A stretch of DNA of 64,000 bases from Selaginella moellendorffii (lineage: Eukaryota; Plantae; Lycopodiophyta). The notes beneath the pieces are model-generated. The model ran no database searches and was not told where the DNA came from. It saw only the letters and a program-made list of their open reading frames with translations. This document shows, in pieces, positions 1 to 10,295 of the stretch. The first letter of the stretch is position 1; the number at the start of each line of letters is the position of its first letter. The position numbers and the translations under genes are program-made. The stretch is taken from the NCBI RefSeq assembly GCF_000143415.4, contig NW_003314270.1, positions 536,666 through 600,665 on the forward strand. The letters are read 5' to 3'.

Positions 1-796
1 GTTAGTCTCATTTTGGTCCCAAATGCTATTTATGGAAAGTGTCCAGATTTGCTCATTTGGCATATCTACGGAATGTAGAGATTGGCCTGAACACAATGGT
101 GTTTGTCCCGTGTCCAAATTCGCAATCTAAGGACATTCCATATTTAGTAAGTTTCGAGCTTGTCCCAGAGACTAACTCTTGATACTAAGGGAGGCTTGGG
201 GTGAAAGCCCAAAGCGTGTGTTCCTCAAGGGGGGGGGGGCTATGGGGGGTTCCAAATGTATAGTAGGGATAGTGGGTAGGTCGGGCATGGCCGACCAACC
301 TGAGGCATAGTCTAGCTCCCGCTTGCGTGCTTGTCCTTGTTCTGCGTCCGGCTTGGGTCTAAGCCCAAGTTCCATTCCATGCTAGTTGGTGGAGTACCCA
401 TATCCTCACGTTAGGCCACCGGTATGCCGAAATAGCGCCAGACTCCGTTTGGCTCCGTTTTGCGTGCTGGTCCTGGCATTGGTATGCTGGTTGCTCCAGG
501 ACTGTTCCAAGTCGCTCCGGGCTCCTGTCCCCTCGCTCCTTGGGCTATATGCTCGGGAGTTGCTCCGTGGTCCGGTTTCATCACTCCTTGGCGTCACGCT
601 TGGGAGTTTGGCACCGTTCCTTCGTTCAGTGGCCCAAGGCCCTGAACCTCGGGTTACTATGGACACGTGGCACGGACACGTGGTATGTGACACGTGGCAT
701 TTGTCACGTGGCACAAAGAGGGTTTAGGTTCCGCTTCGTGGTGTTATCCTATGGTAAATCACCATAGGATAAAGGGTCAAAACCACGTGCGCTACA
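1..796 (+). mobile_element. Family A LTR (5' part outside window), followed by tRNA-iMet PBS
   Basis: Same sequence as the other A LTRs. Ends ...CACGTGCGCTACA at 796, then TT and TGGTATCAGAG (799-809). Confidence 0.93.
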
Positions 797-812
797 TTTG
801 GTATCAGAGAAG

Positions 813-1247
813 TGTCGCGAATGTGACTTCAGGTATCGAAAGTTACCTGTCGGCTAGTCCTTACGGACACTCTTACCTTACTGCCACGATGGCAGGAGGT
901 CGGTATTGCTGGTTCCCTTTATTAGCCCCTCTTGTTCAAGTGTTAGTTTACTGGGCTTAGCACCTGTACTTAGCCAGATGGACATAAGGTAGGAACTCCT
1001 ATGTGTTTCTAGCTGAGCATACTCGGCCTGGCTTTTAGTTCTCTTTTGCTCTGTCTTGCACTGGCTTGACAAGAACCCTCGCGTATTGAGATTGGTCCCT
1101 CAATATCGCTGGATGATAGCTTACCGTGTCTGCCAAACACCCTCGCTATCATGCCCTTTGTGTTAGTCTCATTTTGGTCCCAAATGCTATTTATGGAAAG
1201 TGTCCAGATTTGCTCATTTGGCATATCTACGGAATGTAGAGATTGGC
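813..1247 (+). mobile_element. Family A LTR, 5' fragment truncated at a fold-back junction
   Basis: Starts TGTCGCGAATGTGAC (A LTR 5' end). Homology to the LTR stops after GATTGGC at 1247. Confidence 0.9.
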
Positions 1248-1292
1248 TTAATTGAGTAACGGACACTATTGAGTAAGGACACCATTGAGTAA
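1248..1292. repeat. Filler DNA: three copies of ATTGAGTAA(C/G)G(G)A(A)CAC at an inversion junction
   Basis: ATTGAGTAA occurs at 1251, 1268 and 1284, between a + strand and a - strand LTR fragment. Confidence 0.85.
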
Positions 1293-4200
1293 GGAACACA
1301 CGCTTTGGGCTTTCACCCCAAGCCTCCCTTAGTATCAGGAGTTAGTCTCTGGGACAAGCTTAAAACTTACTAAATATGGAATGTCCTTAGAATGCGAATT
1401 TGGACACAGGACGAACACCATTGTGTTCAGGCCGACCTCTACATTCCGTAGATATGCCAAATGAGCGAATCTAGACACTTTCCATAAATAGCATTTGGGA
1501 CCGAAATGAGACTAACACAAAGGGCATGATAGCGAGGGTGTTTGGCAGACACGGTAAGCTATCATGTAGCGATATTGAGGGACCAATCTCAATACGCGAG
1601 GGTTCTTGTCAAGCCAGTGCAAGATAGAGCAAAAGAGAACTAAAAAGCCAGGCCAAGTATGCTTGGCTGAATAGACACTTAGGAATTCCGTCCTTATGCT
1701 CATCCGGCCAAGTACAGATGCAAAGTCCAGTTTACTAACACTTGAACAAGAGGGACTAATAAAGGGTCCAGCAATACCGACCTCCTGCCATCGTGGCAGT
1801 AAGGAAAGAGTGTCCGTAAGGACTGGTCGACAGGTAACTTTCGATACCCGAAGTCACATTCGCGACACTCTCCCCCCCTTGGGGAAGATCGACGTCCTCG
1901 TCGATGCATACTCGAGTCTAGAATACCGCCAAGGAAACAACTCCAGAAAAAGTTCACGGTACTCACACTATGTGAGAAATGCACCAACTTAAATGAGTTA
2001 AGGGGGTAACCTCTTTGTCTAACGCGGATGCGCTACCAGCTCAGACACCTTCCGGCCGTCGCCGACAAGGAAATGACCAACAGAATCAGCCACCCTTGCT
2101 GCTCTGGGTGTCACCCAGCTACAAAAGTGTGATATGCCCTGCCCGCAGAGACATAGAGAGAGAAGCTAGAGGCCCCAACCCTCCTGAGCAAAGAAACCAA
2201 ACCCGTCGGTAAGGTTTAGATAGACTACTGTCAACAGGCAGTTTAGAGTTGTTTACACGGTCACGCCCTTTCACGGAACAAGGAACATCGACAGAGAGGC
2301 GGGTTATGTGACCAGTCGACAATAGCTACCCCATGACTAGAGATTTCACCATGCACACGAAGTGCCGAAGCCAGTCTGCCTATACTGGCCCAAACTCAAA
2401 GATCAATATATATGGACATATCAAAGTCATAAACAATGATATCTTAGAGATTGAATTATCAGTGAATAAAGCTTATATTAGAACACAAAAGTATTCCAAG
2501 TAAGTTATCATCCGATAAACTAGTATTACAGTATAGGAACCACCAAGACCATTATAATTGGTAAACATAGGATTCACCATCTAACAAAATTCAATAGCAA
2601 GTATATCATCAAGGAAACTCAATGATAAAACTTAACTACCAAAAATCGCTGATAGCATGCCAAACAACTCACAAAACACAACTCAAAGAACACAAAGTAT
2701 CATTGACTAACAAGCACAATGCTCGCGAATGTATCACCCGAAGGAATAACATCCTAATCTATGAGAACTAACTCGAGCAATAATCAATAGAACAAAATGA
2801 ATGTTGCAAAGCAAACAAACGCTTGTTCATATTAACCATTACACTAGCCAATCCAAATAGATCCCAGCCAACAATACCAAGGAACTCAAGTTGCCTAAGC
2901 AAGTGTTAGCAACATCCTACTGATGTCTCAAGCCCAAGAGACCAATCTAGAGCAAACCACAAAGAATATGTGGTATTGTGAAAAGCCATAAGCCATCAAA
3001 GAGAACAACCAACTATCATGAAAGATCGTCAATTAGCCCATCAATGTAGTGATGTATAATCATCGTTGAAGAAAGAATCTACCATCCCGAAGAATAGCAA
3101 ATAATTCCAAACCAACAATAATCAAGCAAAACTTGTGATAAGGACAATCAACTACCCTAGATGATAGTCAATCATCACCAATGATTGCCAGATGCAAAAA
3201 CTAACTTCAATCGAAGCTAATGAGCCAAAATGCCTTCCCCCAACAACTTCAAACAAATGGAACAATGAGCACAAAACTCAAGAACCAAAAGCTCGAAAAA
3301 GCCTATAATTAAGTCTTGCCTAATAATGATCACGAGTCTCATAGAAGCTAACTTCAATGCTAAAGAAGAAATCATGGTGCAACCCACAATATCTTCCTCA
3401 ACACATCCATAAGCCAAACTTCATAATGCCAAAGCTAATGAAGAGCATTTCTGCATCAATCCAAAAGCTAAGCATAACGAAGCTATGCTTAACAAGTGAT
3501 CATCAAACGATCCTCCATGAATCCATCTACAGCAAGACGTAACTCACGTCATAACAAGTACAAGGCAAATCATCAATGATCAATATATTTGAATTCAAAC
3601 CCAATAACGATTCAAACTTTCCAATATTGATCACTAACTCTTTCGCTTGTAGAGTTAGCATAGTCCACGACTGAATCACTTTTCAAGGACAAGCTTAAAG
3701 CTCAACCCTTACTAAACAAACTCATCGAGAACACAACTAACTCAACTTGCCACTCAGTTCATTTGAATGTCAACACAGTTGCTAACTAGCAATTGCACGA
3801 ATGCTAACAACACAAAGCTACAGCCAAATCATCAACACTATCTTCATCAAGACTAACGAAACTCGACATCAATCTTGCGGAGAGACATCTCATTTCACTG
3901 AAATCTCAATATCAACAATATCAATGACAAAGCATCACTTCAATGCCATCAACACCAGGACAAAGCTAGAAGAAAGCACAAGTGAATCACCACTCAAAAC
4001 TCTCCAGCAACAAAGCTAACCGAAGTCGAAGATACTTTAGTCAGTATCCAAGACCAATCCTCTAACAATACTCAATTACAGATAACACGTCATCAAGGAG
4101 TGAATCACCACATCCAAGACTCAATGAAATCCAACACTATGGACTAAATGTAACCAAATGATATCGACAGAGGTAGAGTCGACATGTCAACATGGAAAAC

Positions 4201-7200
4201 CCATGTATGTCTAACGACACAATCCTCCGCAACACTATTCGGTAAAGCAAGCCCACCACTGCTAAATCATCATCGAGCAAAGCAAGTGTCAACGGTCTTT
4301 TTTTGACAAAGTCTACAAGTAATCACTAGTCGCAAATCAACTAACAATCGCCCTTCAACTTGCCTTCACAAGACCCGAACACTAACTCATGTCATCGAGT
4401 TACATACTTGTCCAACATGAACATAATACCCCAGGTATGAGATAAAAGTTCATAGACAAGCACAAACTAAATGACCACTCGAATCCAACTCAACCGCAAT
4501 AAGCTCACTAATGCATTTAGTCAATAGCTCTGAGCATGCCTTGAAGAGGCTAGCTATGTGATCAACACTCAGTCGAAACTAAAGTGAAGACCATGAGATG
4601 GACTCATATCGGTACACAACCTCCTCATAGACAAAGCTACAGTACGGGTACCAACATCTCAACCTCAAACAACTAAGTTGGACATCACCATCCTCAGCCA
4701 AGGTGCAGGGCCACCAAGACCAAGTCAAGATCAGTGAGAGCTCACTACTCTCATAGAGTCTAACGAAATGCAAGGTGCAAACTATCACCAAGCACAACGC
4801 TACAAAAGAAAGGCACAAGGGTCACCTTTCTTAGAAAAGCGCAACAGCCACTTTTCTACACCAACTCTAGACTCTATCCAACTCAATTGTTTTAGCCCCA
4901 AAAGTCAGCATCCCTTTCGGGCTGCATCATACAAACTACTTACTAAGATCTAAGCCAATCAAAGTCAACTCCAACCCCTTCACTAGTTTGTACTGGCTTT
5001 CAAAAATGGAATGGTTTTCGAGCAAAGTGATCAATAGATCAGCCATTGGAAAAGTCTAAGAAAATTTGTGGAAAATTTTCCATCCTAGAGAAAGAATGAC
5101 TCTCAATCCAGAATTGCAAACTTTCAAGACTCAACCAACTTCCTCCTACTAACAACTCCACATAGGTTCACCTCAACAAAAATTCTCATGATCCAAAAAT
5201 ATGCTTAAGCATCGAACATCTTTGCCCATCTAACCGATATCCAACACCGACATCCGCAAAGTGCAAAATGAACATCCAAGGCTTGATCACGAAGACCACA
5301 TCTTCGGATATCCATATTGCATTAACACTCTTCTTCAATCACCTTCAAGATTCAATGTGAAGTCAAAACACTAACAAGAAAAATGACATGGAAAAATCAA
5401 GGTCCAAGGAAAATTCCTCATCACTTGAAATAACAATGCCACCTCCACTAACACAAGTGCTAGTGATGTCAATGCCCCAACTACACATCTTCTCCATCCA
5501 ACAATCTACTCCAAGTGCTAACGGATCAACAGATGAGCTATAGCAAATGAATGCTACAACCCATTCCTAACACCTTATGGGCAAACCCTCAAGGAAACAA
5601 GGTACTAACATAAGCTTAGCATAATGGACCACCATTGAGAATCCAGTCAAAGCTACTACAATGCTACTTCGTGCAAGTAGACTAGCTTCTCCATCAACCA
5701 CTTTGGGGTTGATCATCATTTACCCAAGCAACTTCGTAAACACATTACTCATTATCACATGGATATGATATAAATCACAATGACTTGATCATCAATTGAG
5801 TAACGCAATGAGCAATGCCTATGTCATTACTTCAAACGTTTATGTGAGTATCAAATGCCAACTCGATTCGACAAAATGCAACATAAATGCCACACTCCAC
5901 CAATAGAGGTTTACGACACCCAACACCACTAACTTTTGTTCACAACATGGACAAGCTCATGCCACTCTCTTTCCGACCAAACTCAAAACTAATCCAACAC
6001 CAAGCTATTCAAGGAGCAATAGCAAGGTTCCCCGGAAAAGAATTGAGCATTGCAACCCAAGTCTTCCAATAGCGAGCCTAGACAAAATGGTTTAGTGTTT
6101 CACCACTATCCATCCCATAACTCACCATTGTAAAACTACCATCTCCAACATGCATCAAGATAGGGACTTATGATTGCATGATGTGAACACAAGCAATGAG
6201 TTAACACCTCGTTGCAAATCATCTCTCCAAGAAGAGAAGATGATTTACGTATTTGATCCTCCGTCCCCGATGACTCTCTTTTCGGTCTCATCTTTGACCA
6301 AACCTCAAACTTGCTTTTGCACTGCCTTCAGTTCAATCGAAGAAAAGTTTATAAGAGAGCATGGCAATGATTACTTGAACCAATAGACTATTCCCTATAG
6401 TCTTGATTGATCCAATCATAATCATGCCTAGGAAGGATCCACTAGTGCCGTGCTAAACAGCTATGGACCAGCCTATTTGCCACTCACAGCAAACCCAGGG
6501 AGGTTTGCTTTTCACCCATGGTACAAGGAACAACTCACGGAACCACTAGAACAACTTATGGAACCAATGATAGGCTAACATTAATCCTGCCAACTCAAAG
6601 TGTAACCTCGAGTTGCTAATGTGCCTCACTCACGAGCCCAAGCTCAAACTCGTGCAAATGGAACATCTCCAAACCATCCTATGAGCCCAAGCGCAAGCTC
6701 ACATCATAAGGTACAACAAGGTAACCCAAAACCTATCCCAAGGAACCAATGCGAAGTCTTTGCACCAAAACGTGTACCCACTCGGATCATCGTTTTCATC
6801 TCTGCGTATGCAACGAGACTAGTTGCCCAATCTCATTGGATAGTACTCGCCGAGACTCATTCTCTGATACCAAATGTAGCGCACGTGGTTTTGACCCTTT
6901 ATCCTATGGTGATTTACCATAGGATAACACCACGAAGCGGAACCTAAACCCTCTTTGTGCCACGTGACAGATGCCACGTGTCACATGCCACGTGTCCATG
7001 CCACGTGTTCATAGGAACCCGAGGTTCAGGGCCTTGGGCCACTGAACGAAGGAACGGTGCCAAACTCCCAAGCGTGACGCCAAGGAGTGATGAAACCGGA
7101 CCACGGAGCAACTCCCGAGCATATAGCCCAAGGAGCGAAGGGACAGGGGCCCGGAGCGACTTGGAACAGTCCTAGAGCAACCAGCATCCCAATGCCAGGA

Positions 7201-8022
7201 CCAGCACGCAAAACGGAGCCAAACGGAGTCTGGCGCTATTTCGGCATACCGGTGGCCTAACGCGAGGATATGGGTACTCCACCAACTAGCATGGAATGGA
7301 ACTTGGGCTTAGACCCAAGCCGGACGCAGAACAAGGACAGGCACGCAAGCGGGAGCTAAACTATGCCTCAGGTTGGTCGGCCATGCCCGACCTACCCACT
7401 ATCCCTACTATACATTTGGAACCCCCCACAGCCCCCCCCCCCCTTGAGGAACACACGCTTTGGGCTTTCACCCCAAGCCTCCCTTAGTATCTTTAGTTAG
7501 TCTCTGGGACAAGCTTAAAACTTACTAAATATGGAATGTCCTTAGAATGCGAATTTGGACACAGGACGAACACCATTGTGTTCAGGCCGACCTCTACATT
7601 CCGTAGATATGCCAAATGAGCGAATCTAGACACTTTCCATAAATAGCATTTGGGACCGAAATGAGACTAACACAAAGGGCATGATAGCGAGGGTGTTTGG
7701 CAGACACGGTAAGCTATCATGTAGCGATATTGAGGGACCAATCTCAATACGCGAGGGTTCTTGTCAAGCCAGTGCAAGACAGAGCAAAAGAGAACTAAAA
7801 AGCCAGGCCAAGTATGCTTGGCTGAATAGACACTTAGGAATTCCGTCCTTATGCTCATCCGGCCAAGTACAGATGCAAAGTCCAGTTTACTAACACTTGA
7901 ACAAGAGGGACTAATAAAGGGTCCAGCAATACCGACCTCCTGCCATCGTGGCAGTAAGGAAAGAGTGTCCGTAAGGACTGGTCGACAGGTAACTTTCGAT
8001 ACCCGAAGTCACATTCGCGACA
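1292..8022 (-). mobile_element. Family A copy A1: non-autonomous (LARD-like) LTR retrotransposon; 3' LTR truncated (1292-1867), internal 1868-6874, 5' LTR 6875-8022
   Basis: TG...CA LTR. PBS complement CTCTGATACCA at 6862-6872; PPT complement CTCTCCCCCCCTT at 1868-1880. The internal region has no long ORF and is colinear with A2 and A3. Confidence 0.92.
6958..7009. promoter_or_regulatory. Tandem G-box/ABRE array in family A LTR (present in every full A LTR)
   Basis: CACGTG at 6961, 6975, 6989 and 7002, each in a GCCACGTG context (13-14 bp period), plus one at 6882. Confidence 0.6.
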
Positions 8023-8026
8023 CTAA

Positions 8027-9173
8027 TGTAGCGCACGTGGTTTTGACCCTTTATCCTATGGTGATTTACCATAGGATAACACCACGAAGCGGAACCTAAA
8101 CCCTCTTTGTGCCACGTGACAGATGCCACGTGTCACATGCCACGTGTCCATGCCACGTGTTCATAGGAACCCGAGGTTCAGGGCCTTGGGCCACTGAACG
8201 AAGGAACGGTGCCAAACTCCCAAGCGTGACGCCAAGGAGTGATGAAACCGGACCACGGAGCAACTCCCGAGCATATAGCCCAAGGAGCGAAGGGACAGGG
8301 GCCCGGAGCGACTTGGAACAGTCCTAGAGCAACCAGCATCCCAATGCCAGGACCAGCACGCAAAACGGAGCCAAACGGAGTCTGGCGCTATTTCGGCATA
8401 CCGGTGGCCTAACGCGAGGATATGGGTACTCCACCAACTAGCATGGAATGGAACTTGGGCTTAGACCCAAGCCGGACGCAGAACAAGGACAGGCACGCAA
8501 GCGGGAGCTAGACTATGCCTCAGGTTGGTCGGCCATGCCCGACCTACCCACTATCCCTACTATACATTTGGAACCCCCCACAGCCCCCCCCCCCTTGAGG
8601 AACACACGCTTTGGGCTTTCACCCCAAGCCTCCCTTAGTATCAGGAGTTAGTCTCTGGGACAAGCTTAAAACTTACTAAATATGGAATGTCCTTAGAATG
8701 CGAATTTGGACACAGGACGAACACCATTGTGTTCAGGCCGACCTCTACATTCCGTAGATATGCCAAATGAGCGAATCTAGACACTTTCCATAAATAGCAT
8801 TTGGGACCGAAATGAGACTAACACAAAGGGCATGATAGCGAGGGTGTTTGGCAGACACGGTAAGCTATCATGTAGCGATATTGAGGGACCAATCTCAATA
8901 CGCGAGGGTTCTTGTCAAGCTAGTGCAAGACAGAGCAAAAGAGAACTAAAAAGCCAGGCCAAGTATGCTTGGCTGAATAGACACTTAGGAATTCCGTCCT
9001 TATGCTCATCCGGCCAAGTACAGATGCAAAGTCCAGTTTACTAACACTTGAACAAGAGGGACTAATAAAGGGTCCAGCAATACCGACCTCCTGCCATCGT
9101 GGCAGTAAGGAAAGAGTGTCCGTAAGGACTGGTCGACAGGTAACTTTCGATACCCGAAGTCACATTCGCGACA
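8027..9173 (-). mobile_element. Extra full family A LTR in direct tandem with the A1 5' LTR
   Basis: Near-identical to 6875-8022 and separated from it only by CTAA (8023-8026). Confidence 0.93.
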
Positions 9174-9317
9174 CTCCAGTAAGCTAACACTTGGACAAGA
9201 GGGGCTATTGAAGGGAACCAGCAGTACCGACCTCCTGCCGTCGTGGCAGTAAGGAAAGAGTGCCCGTAAGGACTGGCCGACAAGTATCTTTCGATACCCG
9301 AAGTCACGTTCGCGACA
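9174..9317 (-). mobile_element. Terminal fragment of a more diverged family A LTR (probable insertion target)
   Basis: Matches the LTR end ...GAAGTCACGTTCGCGACA, with several substitutions relative to A1. Confidence 0.85.
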
Positions 9318-9519
9318 AATGCCCCTGAAACATTGTAAGGCTCGTGTGGTCTCATGTGGTGTCCGATCGAGATGCTTCTTTGCAGGGTCATCAAGAAAGA
9401 CATTGTATACCATTCTTTATTTAGCTGAACATCTGGCATTTTTGGAAATACAAGATGCTTTGGAATATCCAATCATGCATGGTATAAATATAACGAGGGT
9501 ATTAAATGATATCCCAATC

Positions 9520-10053
9520 ATGATCTTTCTTTTGGATTTCGCGTGCATGCAGTCCGAGGAATGATGACGTTGCGGATTTCTTTTGGATTTCACATGCATG
9601 CATGCGCGCGGCGATCCAGAAATTAATGGTGGTGCCCAAGTCCGAGGAATGATGACGTTGCAGGATTACCAACCGTCGTGACATTTCGTGCGTGTGAGGT
9701 TAGGTTTTGCATCGTACTCGCGCTCGCATCGCGCTCCCACTCGCGATCACGCTCACATTCGCGCTCATCTACCTTCTCTACAGGTTTCTCGTGTGCATCG
9801 GCGTCCACTCGCGCTCGCATCGCGCTCATGTGCATCAGCGTCCACTTCAAGACACACCCAGTTTGTAACTTCGCCGCCAACTCCGCCGCCCACTCCGCCA
9901 CCCACACGCAGCCCACTTGGCGTCCCGGGAGATTTCAGTGCCACTCTCCAACTGTAAGTGGCAGAGTAGCCTTGTTGCTACGATCCGCTGCACACACAGT
10001 GCACATTCGCCAGCGAGTCCGGCCTCGATTGTCACGCCTCAATTCGGCTTCAA
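9520..10053 (+). promoter_or_regulatory. Probable promoter/5' region of the interrupted gene; CpG-rich with short direct repeats
   Basis: AGTCCGAGGAATGATGACGTTGC occurs twice (9551, 9639) and ACTCGCGCTCGCATCGCGCTC twice (9716, 9807). It lies directly upstream of the ATG at 10054. Confidence 0.45.
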
Positions 10054-10080
10054 ATGGTAAGTCTTTTAGGCCAAGTAGAA

Positions 10081-10240
10081 AATGGCATGAGGCCACATGC
10101 CATTCAGTAGCAATATTGGCATGCACCGATTGGGCTCTCGAGTGCAGTCCGGTTACAGATGGCGTGTAGCCTCACGCCATCTTAGGATGCAGCCTCAAGA
10201 CATCTGATGCAGTGGTGAATGGCGTGTGGCCTCACATTAT
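10081..10240. repeat. Three copies of the 22-bp palindrome ATGGCRTG-N6-CAYGCCAT in intron 1
   Basis: Copies at 10082-10103, 10159-10180 and 10219-10240. Further copies at 11496, 12995, 20742, 20933 and 50774. Confidence 0.9.
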
Positions 10241-10295
10241 TTCCAACTGCTAGCTTTTCATCTGTCAGCTCTAATTGTTGTGCATTTCTGAACAG

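Noticed and set aside
172-960. Short ORFs recurring in every family A LTR
   Set aside because: They recur only because the LTR is repeated. Stops and frameshifts differ among copies and there are no recognisable motifs.
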